From: a virus
Lineage: Duplodnaviria; Caudoviricetes
Reading direction: 5' to 3' (one strand)
Virus record (IMG/VR): IMGVR_UViG_3300049486_000043
Location: 1-33,801 of that record
DNA: 33,801 nucleotides
Shown: positions 7,507-16,471 of the stretch, piece by piece
How the letters are laid out: each line of letters starts with the position of its first letter
Position numbering within the stretch: the first letter of the stretch is position 1
The notes under the pieces: model-generated
Told to the model about the DNA's origin: nothing
Seen by the model: the letters and a program-made list of their open reading frames with translations, nothing else
Databases searched by the model: none
Translations under genes and position numbers: made by a program

Positions 7507-7994
7507 CGGATACACACTTCAATCATGCTAATGTCATAGTTTATGATAAGCGACCTTTTAAAGATGTAATTGAGATGGAGAACGAAATTGTACGTAGATG
7601 GAATTCAAGTATTAAACATGACGATGTCGTGTATCACCTTGGTGATTTTGCTTTCGGTTCTATCCAATTACAACATGAAATACTTAGCAAGCTCAACGGA
7701 CAAAAAATACTCATCAGGGGAAATCACGATGGATCTGAGAATAGGTGTAAAAAGTCGGGTTGGCATTTCGTCTGTGACGGAATTCTCTTGGCTATTGGTG
7801 GATTTACTGTTTGCCTTAGTCATGATCCTTCTGTGGTTCCTAAGGATTTTATGCTTTTGCATGGTCACACTCATAAGCATTCCGATAGACCTAACGGTAT
7901 TTGCGTCTCTTGCAATTTGTGGAATTATAGCCCAGTCAGTGAAAAAACTATTATCAACAAACTCAAAGGAGTAAAAAATGATTTATGCAGTTAA
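7491..7994 (+). CDS. Calcineurin-like metallophosphoesterase
   Basis: ATG at 7491 after AGGA; ADTHFNH, HLGDF, GNHD, SHDP and HGHTH motifs. Confidence 0.9.
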   Translation: MRWFIADTHFNHANVIVYDKRPFKDVIEMENEIVRRWNSSIKHDDVVYHLGDFAFGSIQLQHEILSKLNGQKILIRGNHDGSENRCKKSGWHFVCDGILLAIGGFTVCLSHDPSVVPKDFMLLHGHTHKHSDRPNGICVSCNLWNYSPVSEKTIINKLKGVKNDLCS

Positions 7995-8256
7995 ATTCGT
8001 ATACAATGATGGAAAAGATCTTCTCTGCAATGTAGCAGAAGAAAATATCGGTCTTTTCTTTGCCAATATTAATCAAAAACAAGTGTTTTATGATGAAAAG
8101 AATAATGTTGGATTCTGGACCGATATAAGTACGGTTCGTTATATAGAATTAAGAAAAATAGAAGACAAGGGGGATCAAAATGCTAAGCCAGAGGCAGAAG
8201 CAGGCTCTAACGCAATACCAATTGATCAGGGAATCCCTGAATCGCCAGCGGTCTAA
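7978..8256 (+). CDS. Hypothetical protein
   Basis: AAGGAG RBS; ORF track. Confidence 0.7.
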   Translation: MIYAVKFVYNDGKDLLCNVAEENIGLFFANINQKQVFYDEKNNVGFWTDISTVRYIELRKIEDKGDQNAKPEAEAGSNAIPIDQGIPESPAV

Positions 8257-8440
8257 GCTTGACGATCAGGAAAACGAGGCTTTTAAAGCCCTAATCGAAC
8301 AGCTTAAAGATGACGAAAGCCCGCCTACAGAAAAAACACTAGGCGAAACGCTCAAAGGGTTGTTCTATTCAGGCAAAGGCAAAACGAAGTTTTGCTTTAC
8401 TCGGAGTGCAACGCCCGAGCGTGATTGCGGCATACCGTAA
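8180..8440 (+). CDS. Hypothetical protein (N-terminal coiled coil)
   Basis: AAGGGGG RBS; ORF track. Confidence 0.55.
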   Translation: MLSQRQKQALTQYQLIRESLNRQRSKLDDQENEAFKALIEQLKDDESPPTEKTLGETLKGLFYSGKGKTKFCFTRSATPERDCGIP

Positions 8441-8470
8441 GGTTTTGCGACCAATGCCGCGCTTTTTAAC

Positions 8471-8503
8471 GCCCAAACCACATTAGGGCATAACGCTACA
8501 AGC
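8471..8503 (+). promoter_or_regulatory. Two-box RNA element copy upstream of the packaging module
   Basis: GCCC-AAACCACATTA-GGGC hairpin, then GCTACAAGC directly before the AGGA RBS of the gene at 8513. Confidence 0.6.
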
Positions 8504-8512
8504 AGGATTAAA

Positions 8513-8701
8513 ATGAGTAAAGAACTTACTATAATTCTTAAAGATACGGAAAGAACGTATCGCCAAAAGTTCCTCGTCTACGAGGATATCCAGTTGATCC
8601 CAGAAGATCCAACGATTGTTTCATGTATTGAACAAGCTCGAAAAAACTTTAATGGTGAACCGGAAGATATTCAAATCCGAGTTCTCCTAGTGGTGAGGTG
8701 A
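8513..8701 (+). CDS. Hypothetical protein
   Basis: AGGA RBS; ORF track. Confidence 0.7.
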   Translation: MSKELTIILKDTERTYRQKFLVYEDIQLIPEDPTIVSCIEQARKNFNGEPEDIQIRVLLVVR

Positions 8702-8703
8702 TT

Positions 8704-9099
8704 ATGGCGGAAGGCAAACCGGGAAGAGCAAAGCTTCAAGTAGATTGGGATATTGTAGACGTCCATCTTGAGGCTCACTGTACTGGCACTCAAATAGCCG
8801 GAGTGCTAGGAATGTGCGCTGAAACGCTATACATTCGTTGTCGAGAAGACAAGGGTATGACGTTTGAGGAGTACATGTACTCGAAAAGAGACAAAGGGAA
8901 GGCACATGTCAAACACAAGCAGTACGAGGAAGCTCTCAAGGGAGACCGCGGAATGCTTGTATGGCTTGGCAAAAACTGGCTAGACCAAAAAGATAATCAC
9001 GACGTGAATGTGACAGGCTCAATGAGCGTTGCGGTTGTAAATTATGGCGACGATCCAGAACCAAAGCCATATGAAAACGATCAGGAAGAGGAAAAATAA
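8704..9099 (+). CDS. Putative terminase small subunit
   Basis: N-terminal HTH (CTGTQIAGVLGMCAETLY), MLVWLGKNWLDQKD motif, position upstream of the large subunit. Confidence 0.7.
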   Translation: MAEGKPGRAKLQVDWDIVDVHLEAHCTGTQIAGVLGMCAETLYIRCREDKGMTFEEYMYSKRDKGKAHVKHKQYEEALKGDRGMLVWLGKNWLDQKDNHDVNVTGSMSVAVVNYGDDPEPKPYENDQEEEK

Positions 9100-9344
9100 T
9101 GAGTGGTGAATGTGACATGTGTGGCGAGCACACGCTTGATTGCGAGTGCAATAAAGAAAGTGTGACTTGTAGTCCAACGGAACTTCGGGATAAATGTAAT
9201 AACATTAATCATTTGCTAACGTGTCTTTTGATTATTCTTCAGGGAGACGAATATAGAGCCTATAATGGATCTCCACATCTAACTTTAATTTTAGATATTC
9301 ATGAAAAAGTCAAAGAGATCGAAGAAAAACTGAGGCGTATTTAA
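9099..9344 (+). CDS. Hypothetical protein with Cys/His N-terminus
   Basis: MSGECDMCGEHTLDCEC; TAATG coupling at both ends. Confidence 0.65.
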   Translation: MSGECDMCGEHTLDCECNKESVTCSPTELRDKCNNINHLLTCLLIILQGDEYRAYNGSPHLTLILDIHEKVKEIEEKLRRI

Positions 9345-10660
9345 TGGTTGATCTTGTCATCCCAAACTTTAAGCCGCGTCCATACCAGTTGCCATTTCTA
9401 AAGGCGATGGATAATGGATGCAAGAGAGCTGTACTTGTGTGGCATCGGCGAGCTGGCAAGGAAATTGCATGCTGGAACTACATGATTAAGCAAGCTTTTT
9501 GGCATAGAAAAGGGACTTACGTTTATTTCTTTCCTACTTCTACCCTAGGAAGAAGAATTCTTTGGGATGGAGCCAACAAAGACGGCAAGAGATTCATCGA
9601 TTATATCCCAAAAGAGATAATTGATGGTCAGCCTAATAGTGTTGAGATGAAAATAAAGCTTAAAAACGGATCAATTATCCAAATTATGGGTTCTGATCAG
9701 ATAATCAACGTCGGTATTAACCCTGTTGGTTGCGTTTTCTCTGAATTTTCACTCCAAGATCCAAAAACGTGGGCATTTACCAGACCTATCTTGAGAGAAA
9801 ACGGTGGGTGGGCAATCTTTAACTTTACACCAAGAGGTAAGAATCACGCCTATGACCTTTATCTTATGGGAAAAAACAATAAAGACTGGTTTGTTTCAAA
9901 GCTTGGCGTTGATGATACCAATGTCCTAACTCCTGAGGACATTGACGCGGAACGAAACGAAGGGATGTCAGAGCATCTTATTCAGCAAGAGTACTATTGC
10001 TCGTTCGATCAAGGTGTCGAGGGTGCGTACTACGCTAAACTATTGAACCGTGCCGAATTAGATGGAAGAATTACTTGTGTTCCAGCAGACCCACACGCTG
10101 CCGTAAATACTTACTGGGATTTAGGTGTGGGAGACGAAACAGTCATACTCTTCGCACAAAATTGCGGACAAGAAATACATTTAATTGATATGTATCGTAA
10201 TCAAGGTGAAGGATTGAACCACTATGCAAGAATTCTTAAGGAAAAAGCTTCCGCAAATGACTGGAATTATGGTGAGCATTTTGCTCCTCACGACATTCAA
10301 GTTAGAGAGCTTGGATCAGGAGCTCAAACTCGATTAGATATTGCGCGGGATCTTGGTATTAAGTTCTTAATAGTGCCGAATTTACCTATAGGTGAAGGGA
10401 TAGAATTAGCTCGTGGTATTTTCCATAGACTGTGGATAGACTCAAAAAACTGCAATTATTTTATTAAAGCAGCGGAAAATTACCATAAGCATTACAACGA
10501 AAAGCTTAACGTTTACAGTGAACGACCTGTACATGATTGGTCATCTCATACTATGGACGCCTTTAGATATATGGCGATCATGGTGAACAAGAGAAGATCA
10601 GCTGGAATGACGGAAGCTGAAGCGGAAAGATTGCAAAGGCAATACCAATTTAGGTATTAA
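9344..10660 (+). CDS. terL: Terminase large subunit
   Basis: PRPYQ, WHRRAGK Walker A, CVFSE Walker B, FTPRG coupling motif, YWDLG and HDWSSHTMDAFRY nuclease motifs. Confidence 0.95.
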   Translation: MVDLVIPNFKPRPYQLPFLKAMDNGCKRAVLVWHRRAGKEIACWNYMIKQAFWHRKGTYVYFFPTSTLGRRILWDGANKDGKRFIDYIPKEIIDGQPNSVEMKIKLKNGSIIQIMGSDQIINVGINPVGCVFSEFSLQDPKTWAFTRPILRENGGWAIFNFTPRGKNHAYDLYLMGKNNKDWFVSKLGVDDTNVLTPEDIDAERNEGMSEHLIQQEYYCSFDQGVEGAYYAKLLNRAELDGRITCVPADPHAAVNTYWDLGVGDETVILFAQNCGQEIHLIDMYRNQGEGLNHYARILKEKASANDWNYGEHFAPHDIQVRELGSGAQTRLDIARDLGIKFLIVPNLPIGEGIELARGIFHRLWIDSKNCNYFIKAAENYHKHYNEKLNVYSERPVHDWSSHTMDAFRYMAIMVNKRRSAGMTEAEAERLQRQYQFRY

Positions 10661-10710
10661 GTTGCAAATGAAATGTTTTTTAGATACTGTTTTAGAAAAA
10701 GGAATATATC

Positions 10711-10842
10711 ATGAAAAAGAAGGCAGCTCCAGCCAAAAAAGCCAAGAAATCTATGGCATCTGGTCTTAAAAAAGCAGATAAAATGGATTACGGCAAAGTA
10801 AAGTCTCAAAAAGGCTTAAAAAATATTAAAGAGCCATGCTAA
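10711..10842 (+). CDS. Small Lys/Ala-rich basic protein (43 aa)
   Basis: Below the ORF-track cutoff; AAGGA RBS; MKKKAAPAKKAKKSMASGLKKADKMDYGKVKSQKGLKNIKEPC. Confidence 0.65.
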   Translation: MKKKAAPAKKAKKSMASGLKKADKMDYGKVKSQKGLKNIKEPC

Positions 10843-10867
10843 ATGGCGAATAAGTAATAGATAAGAA

Positions 10868-10987
10868 AACCCTCAAACCACAATAGGGTTACATGGCTAC
10901 ACGCGGGGCAGTGACTGATCATCACGTTCGTTGCCGAATCAACGGCTCCGCACTTTTCTCATTCGGGAGAAATATAAAACCGAGTGC
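10868..10987 (+). ncRNA. Candidate structured RNA / leader upstream of portal (includes a two-box element)
   Basis: AACCCT-CAAACCACAAT-AGGGTT hairpin; GCTACAC; three-way junction closed by GCGGGGC/GCTCCGC; TTTCTC/GAGAAA hairpin. Confidence 0.5.
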
Positions 10988-10996
10988 AGGGGTGCG

Positions 10997-13096
10997 ATGT
11001 CACGAGATTTGGCGATTGTCAATGAATACAATGACTTCTACGAAGAAGCATATTACGCTTGGAACCCATTTTATCCACTAGCGGATAGAGACTTACGTTT
11101 CTATTTAGGGGATCAATGGGACGCGAAAGAGCGTCAAAAACTCTTTCAAGAAGGGCGTAATGCGTTCGTCTTCAATAGAGCTCGCCGTAATATCAACATG
11201 GTTACGGGCTATCAGCGGCAACACCGTCTGAGTAGCGTCGTTTCGCCCGTTGAAAATTCCGATCAGGAAACCGCTGATCAACTCACCCAACTACTTCTTT
11301 ATGTGATGCAATCATCAGATGGCTATCGCGTCATCTCGGATTGCTTTGGTGGTGCCTGCAAAACCGGCTGGAATTTGATGACTCTGTACATGGATTACAG
11401 AGACGACCCAATCAATGGAGACATCAAGTTTGGCAGAGAGCCATATTCCGGTTTTATCACAGATCCCTATTTTACAAATTTAGACTTCTCGGACTGTTCC
11501 TACATCATACGCAGAAAATACCTATCGGTTGATCAAGCAGCATCAATGTTGCCGGGAATGGAAAAGGAAGTATTTAAGGTTCATGGCTTTGGGTGGTCAA
11601 GAGACGATAAGTTCACGTGGCTTCCCTACCAACAGCAACCAAACGGTCAAGACCTAATCGCATTCAACGAATTCTATCGTCAAAAGTGGAAAAACGTTCC
11701 CACTTTAGTAGACATGGAGACGGGAGAGTTCCTTGAATGGGATGGAGACCAAGATCGCCTTGAGCTTTTCAGAAGCATGTATCCCAATATGGAAGTGATC
11801 AAGCGTCCAAAACGCTACATCGAAAAGCATATCATTCTCAATGACCAATATATGAAGACAGAGGTCAATCCATATGGGCTTGACGAGTACCCATTTGTGC
11901 CTTTTGTGGGTTATTTCGAGCCAGAATCTGACTTTTGGGAATTGAAAGTCCAATCATTGATGAGATGCCAAATCGATCCGCAAAAAGAGGCAAACCGCCG
12001 CAGATCTCAGATGATCGATATTTTCGACTCACAAATCAACTCAGGATACATTGCCGATGAAGACTCTGTCATCAATCCTCGCTCACTCTTTCAAACTTCC
12101 CAAGGAAAAGTCATCTGGAGAAAAAAAGACGCTAAACCCGGAGCCGTCGAAAAGATCCCACCCGGACAAGTGCCACCCTCAATGTTCCAACTGCAAGAGC
12201 TGTTCGACCGAGACATGCAAGAAATCCTCGGAATCAATGACGCCGCATTCGGAATAGCCGACTCAGGTAATGAGTCTGGAATCATGATGATGCTTCGTCA
12301 GGGAGCCACGATCACCAATCTGCAAGACGTCTTTGACAATCTTCGATTCTCGCAAAGAGCCGTTAGCAAAAAAGTTCTTAAATTGATCCAGACATGGACT
12401 CCACAAAAGATTGAAAGAATTATTCGTCAAAAGCCTACACAGCAGTTCTACGACAAGGAATTTACAAAATACGATGTCGCTGTACAAGAAGGAATGTTGA
12501 CCGATACACAAAAACAAATCTACTTCAGACAGCTTGTGGATTTAAAACAGCTTACCGATGCGCCTTCACAAGGACCTATCACAGCGGAAATGCTTGTAGA
12601 AGCTGCTCCAATTCAAGGAAAAACAACCCTTCAGAAGCAAATTTCACAAAACGAACAATCTCGCATGGAAGCTGCTCAGAAACAGGCTCAAGCCCAACAA
12701 AGCATGCTCAAGATGCAAGAACAAGCTGTCACAGCCAAAGCAATATCCGATATTGCGTTGTCAAAGGAAAGATTCACAAGATCAGTTGCAAATATGGGTC
12801 TGGAAGACGAAAGAGCTGCAAGAGCCGTTCAAGACAGATCACAAGCTGCTCTCAACAACGTGAAAGCAGCTGCGGAAATACAGGGAATGACACAAGACCA
12901 GTTATTGAAGTCATTCCAAATCGTCAAGCTTATGGAAGAGCTAGCACATGCAAAAGAAGAGCAGGTGAAAGAAGACGATGTAAACATTTCTGCAAGAGCG
13001 GAACAAGCAGCAATGCCGCAAATGCAGGAAATCCCCGGGGGTCAACAGATCCTTGGGAAACCAATGAACAATATGTCGGAGGTGCCAAATGGCTAA
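10997..13096 (+). CDS. Portal protein (P22-like, long C-terminal coiled-coil barrel)
   Basis: ATG at 10997; DLRFYLGDQW, FNRARRNINMVTGYQR, YPFVPF, IDPQKEANRRRSQ, SGI...LRQ motifs; Q/A-rich tail; downstream of terL. Confidence 0.92.
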   Translation: MSRDLAIVNEYNDFYEEAYYAWNPFYPLADRDLRFYLGDQWDAKERQKLFQEGRNAFVFNRARRNINMVTGYQRQHRLSSVVSPVENSDQETADQLTQLLLYVMQSSDGYRVISDCFGGACKTGWNLMTLYMDYRDDPINGDIKFGREPYSGFITDPYFTNLDFSDCSYIIRRKYLSVDQAASMLPGMEKEVFKVHGFGWSRDDKFTWLPYQQQPNGQDLIAFNEFYRQKWKNVPTLVDMETGEFLEWDGDQDRLELFRSMYPNMEVIKRPKRYIEKHIILNDQYMKTEVNPYGLDEYPFVPFVGYFEPESDFWELKVQSLMRCQIDPQKEANRRRSQMIDIFDSQINSGYIADEDSVINPRSLFQTSQGKVIWRKKDAKPGAVEKIPPGQVPPSMFQLQELFDRDMQEILGINDAAFGIADSGNESGIMMMLRQGATITNLQDVFDNLRFSQRAVSKKVLKLIQTWTPQKIERIIRQKPTQQFYDKEFTKYDVAVQEGMLTDTQKQIYFRQLVDLKQLTDAPSQGPITAEMLVEAAPIQGKTTLQKQISQNEQSRMEAAQKQAQAQQSMLKMQEQAVTAKAISDIALSKERFTRSVANMGLEDERAARAVQDRSQAALNNVKAAAEIQGMTQDQLLKSFQIVKLMEELAHAKEEQVKEDDVNISARAEQAAMPQMQEIPGGQQILGKPMNNMSEVPNG

Positions 13097-13310
13097 AAAA
13101 AGTATGCCGAAAGGAATGCCCTACGCTGCCAGAGATGGTAACGAGAAATTCCGCGGGAAAATGTCTGGTCGTATGGCTGAAGTAATGGGACATGCAAGTC
13201 CTGTCTACAGCATCGACACGAATGCCGAAGCTTACGATATGGGACGCGTAAAACCTATGAAACAAGGTTCTCGTGGATACCCTGAGCAAGCTTGGGAATA
13301 TCAATACTAG
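13089..13310 (+). CDS. Hypothetical protein
   Basis: GGAGG RBS; ORF track. Confidence 0.7.
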   Translation: MAKKSMPKGMPYAARDGNEKFRGKMSGRMAEVMGHASPVYSIDTNAEAYDMGRVKPMKQGSRGYPEQAWEYQY

Positions 13311-13322
13311 GGTAGGTAAAAA

Positions 13323-13694
13323 ATGAAGCAAGAGACTGGGGAAACCCGCAACGCAATAATGGAAGACGTGCAAAAGCGCCTAGAGCAGATCTTAGCTGCC
13401 AATAAGAATCGCAAAGAGCCTTATTGGGTCGTTCTGTTTGCAAAGCCGTTCAAAGGATGCGTGGAAGGGAAGCCCACACTTGTTCAACACGTCAAAGCTT
13501 ACCCTAACCGACCTGCATCGCAAGTCGGGATGATCACTGGGAAAGTTGACAACTCAACGGGACAAATCCAATGGGAAGTCAATATGCCTCAGAGACCATT
13601 TGACTTTGACGCGCTCCAGTTGTTTGGAGCAAAGCCCTGTAATGAAGTGGTCACAGAAACCACGACTATTCCGGGAGCTTACGTAACACAATAG
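13323..13694 (+). CDS. Hypothetical protein
   Basis: ORF track; in head operon. Confidence 0.75.
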   Translation: MKQETGETRNAIMEDVQKRLEQILAANKNRKEPYWVVLFAKPFKGCVEGKPTLVQHVKAYPNRPASQVGMITGKVDNSTGQIQWEVNMPQRPFDFDALQLFGAKPCNEVVTETTTIPGAYVTQ

Positions 13695-13822
13695 TGCCGC
13701 CGGCATTGGCTAAACCACCCCAGTAATGGGAGCCAAATCGGGCGTAAACCTTAAGGAGCTACACGCGATGAGCGAAGACCAACACGTTTCGGGCGAACAA
13801 GTATCGAGTGCCGCCGACTCGG
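13692..13822 (+). promoter_or_regulatory. Structured leader of the scaffold gene (two-box element plus duplicated GCCGCCG / TCGGGCG motifs)
   Basis: TTGGCT/AGCCAA stem enclosing AAACCAC and a CCCA-GTAA-TGGG GNRA hairpin; GCTACACGC between the RBS and ATG; AGTGCCGCCG twice and TCGGGCG twice. Confidence 0.6.
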
Positions 13823-14436
13823 TTGCAGTTGCAACTAATGACTCAGCTGGAAGCCAGCAACAGGAACAGTATGTTCCTCTTTCTGCGCTTCAACAGGAAC
13901 GAGCACAACGGCAACAGCAGCAAGAAGAACTTCGGATGATCAAAGATCATCTTGCTCTACTTCAATCTAACCAGATGCGTCAACAGGCACAAGCCCAAGA
14001 CGAGAAAGGGAAGATGTCAAAGGATGACGTTATTACTTATGGAGACCTTGAGCAGGTCTTAGAAAGGAAAGAACGTCAATTCAAGATGACAATTGAAGAG
14101 ATGAGGATGGTTCAACAGTATCCAGATTATCAAGAAGTCGTAACCAAGTATTTACCCGAAGTTTTGAAAAACAACCCAGCACTTCGCAATACCTTGGAGC
14201 AGTCTCAGGACTTCAACCTTGCTTATTACCTAGCGAAAAACTCCGAATCTTACAAGTCATCCGCGAAGACGCAGCAGCGCAATGCTGATGCAGAGCGAAT
14301 GGTTAAGAATGCAAACCAATCTGGTTCGCTATCGGCTATTGGCGGGACTTCTCCCATCAATAACGCTAAGAGATACAAGGAGATGAGTGATGCGGACTTC
14401 AAAAAGGAAATGGCGAAAAACCTGGGATACACCTAA
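13768..14436 (+). CDS. Putative capsid scaffolding protein
   Basis: ATG at 13768 after TAAGGAG; VPLSALQQERAQRQ coiled coil, YPDYQEVV, MSDADF C-terminus; directly upstream of the capsid gene. Confidence 0.8.
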   Translation: MSEDQHVSGEQVSSAADSVAVATNDSAGSQQQEQYVPLSALQQERAQRQQQQEELRMIKDHLALLQSNQMRQQAQAQDEKGKMSKDDVITYGDLEQVLERKERQFKMTIEEMRMVQQYPDYQEVVTKYLPEVLKNNPALRNTLEQSQDFNLAYYLAKNSESYKSSAKTQQRNADAERMVKNANQSGSLSAIGGTSPINNAKRYKEMSDADFKKEMAKNLGYT

Positions 14437-14449
14437 GAGGAATTAAAAC

Positions 14450-15391
14450 ATGACTATTACAACAACTAGCGTGTTGCCTCCAGCTGTACGGGAGTACTAT
14501 GACAGACTGTTATTGATGACTGCTTATCCACAGCTCATCCATACAAAGTTTGCTCAGAAACGTGTACTCCCCGAAAAGAATGGCGACACCATTGTCTTCC
14601 GTAGGTATTCCCGTCTTGCGACAGTACCTATCCCATTAGTTGACGGCGTAACGCCCCCGGGCGCACCGCTTTCGGCGACAGACATCAAAGCACAAGTTTC
14701 CTTCTATGGTAACTTTGTGACGATCACCAACCAAGTCGAGCTAACTGTTGAGGACAGAGTCCTTAACGAAAGTGCACGCCTCTTGGCTCAAAACATGGCT
14801 CAGACCATGGACGAGGTCACAAGAGACGTTCTTGCTTCGACAAGCTCCGTTCTGCAATGCAGCAATGGAGTTAACGGAAACACCCCGACGGAACTCACAA
14901 AAGCCGATATCGATGCAGCAGTAAAAACGTTGCTAGGTAACGATGCCGAAATGATTTCTGAAGTGGTCACAGGGGCTAATTTGTTCGCGACAGCTCCGGT
15001 CAGACCGGCTTTTTGGGGCTACATCGACACAGATTTGCTTGATGACCTTGAGTCTGTAGCAAACTTCTTGCATTCCGCTAACTACCCTAACCAGCAAACC
15101 GTTTTGGATGCTGAGTGGGGAGCTACTGGAAACGTAAGATGGCTGTACACATCAGTAGGTAGCGTATCTAGCGCAACTCCTGCTGTTTACAACAACTTCA
15201 TCATCGGAAAAGAAGCTTATGCAGTCGTTCATCTCCGTAGCGAGACTGGCGAATTCTACATTGAGCCGCTTGGTTCTGCTGGTGCAGCTGACCCATTACA
15301 TCAACGTGGTTCTGTCGGCTGGCAGCATCCGTTTGTAAGCCGAATCCTTAACGATTCGTTCATGATTAACTTAATGGCAACCCACTCATAA
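14450..15391 (+). CDS. Major capsid protein (N4-gp56-like family)
   Basis: YYDRLLL, LPEKNGDTIVFRRY, L.DGVTP.G, YGNFVTIT, EWG...NVRW, DPLHQRGSVGW motifs. Confidence 0.92.
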   Translation: MTITTTSVLPPAVREYYDRLLLMTAYPQLIHTKFAQKRVLPEKNGDTIVFRRYSRLATVPIPLVDGVTPPGAPLSATDIKAQVSFYGNFVTITNQVELTVEDRVLNESARLLAQNMAQTMDEVTRDVLASTSSVLQCSNGVNGNTPTELTKADIDAAVKTLLGNDAEMISEVVTGANLFATAPVRPAFWGYIDTDLLDDLESVANFLHSANYPNQQTVLDAEWGATGNVRWLYTSVGSVSSATPAVYNNFIIGKEAYAVVHLRSETGEFYIEPLGSAGAADPLHQRGSVGWQHPFVSRILNDSFMINLMATHS

Positions 15392-15403
15392 GGAGATGAA
15401 ATT

Positions 15404-16045
15404 ATGGCACAGATGAAAACATATAGTTTCACTAGCGCTGCATCTCCTGCAAACGTCGATATTGACGTTGGCTTTGATGTTGCATTTGTTGAACTCATTA
15501 ACGAAACAGGACAAGGGTCATCCGCGAACCCGGGCGTTGTAAAACGCGCTCGCTGGAGTGATACAATGGCTAACGCAGAAGCTGCCTTGGTGAAAAACAC
15601 CGATGGTGCTGCTACTGATACTAGCTCATTCGTTACTTCTAACGGATTCTCCATGATCTCTGACTCTGCAACTTATGGCTCTGCCATAAGCGCTTTCACC
15701 AACGCAAACCCTGCGGTTATTACCGTATCGGACGCGGCTGGTGCTGGTTTTGCTGTCGGAGACACAGTACAAATCGCAGAAATGGCGTACAGCGGTGCAG
15801 GTGCAAACCCGAACCAACAGTACGTAATTGCTTCGATCAGCGGTAACGCAATTACCACAACTGAAGACTCTTCCGCTTATGGAGTAAGAGTTTCCGGCGG
15901 TAATTTGTTCCGCGTATCGGATGTCGATGGAAAACCAGTTGCGATTGTCAACAGAGCACAAAGAAAACTCAGAATTGGCACAGGCTTACAAGCCGCTTCT
16001 TCTGTAATTCACGTGATTATCTGGGGCAAAAACAGCGTAGTTTAA
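15404..16045 (+). CDS. Virion (capsid decoration-like) protein with inserted FCCH-like beta domain
   Basis: Follows the capsid gene with a strong RBS; ISAFTNANPAVITVS...GFAVGDTVQI segment. Confidence 0.65.
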   Translation: MAQMKTYSFTSAASPANVDIDVGFDVAFVELINETGQGSSANPGVVKRARWSDTMANAEAALVKNTDGAATDTSSFVTSNGFSMISDSATYGSAISAFTNANPAVITVSDAAGAGFAVGDTVQIAEMAYSGAGANPNQQYVIASISGNAITTTEDSSAYGVRVSGGNLFRVSDVDGKPVAIVNRAQRKLRIGTGLQAASSVIHVIIWGKNSVV

Positions 16046-16051
16046 TTGATT

Positions 16052-16083
16052 GGGTGGGGACTATTTGTCCCCATCCTTAACTT
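16052..16083 (+). terminator. Hairpin after capsid/decoration genes (weak terminator or mRNA-stabilising stem)
   Basis: GGGTGGGGAC-TATTT-GTCCCCATCC followed by TTAACTT (poor U tract). Confidence 0.55.
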
Positions 16084-16095
16084 AAGGAGATAAGA

Positions 16096-16461
16096 ATGAG
16101 CAGAGTAAAAGATGCAGAACGCGATAAGGACACAGCCTTCATTGCAGCACTCCCCATCGTAGGAAAACAGCCTTCTTCAGAGAAAGAAGAGAAATACCTA
16201 AGAGAGGTTTGCGAGTATGAGTTTTACAACTTAGAAGAGCCCGGTCTAGCAGTAAAGTTTCCCTATGGTTCAACACGAAATCAACACAATTTCACGTTCT
16301 ACCACGGCGGAAAATACCGCGTACCTAGACACGTCGCTCGCCATGTCGAATCTTGTGCTACCCCGATTTGGGATTGGCGACCAGATGGAACAGGAAAAAT
16401 GGCTAAGCAACGAGTAGGTGAAAAGTCAAGGTTTCAAATGCGCCACGTATTTTCAGAGTAA
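16096..16461 (+). CDS. Hypothetical protein
   Basis: TAAGGAG RBS; ORF track. Confidence 0.75.
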   Translation: MSRVKDAERDKDTAFIAALPIVGKQPSSEKEEKYLREVCEYEFYNLEEPGLAVKFPYGSTRNQHNFTFYHGGKYRVPRHVARHVESCATPIWDWRPDGTGKMAKQRVGEKSRFQMRHVFSE

Positions 16462-16471
16462 GAGGTAAAAG

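Noticed and set aside
10902-10955. Bona fide tRNA gene
   Set aside because: Too short, one arm missing, no TTC in the T-loop and no CCA; kept only as a tRNA-like candidate.
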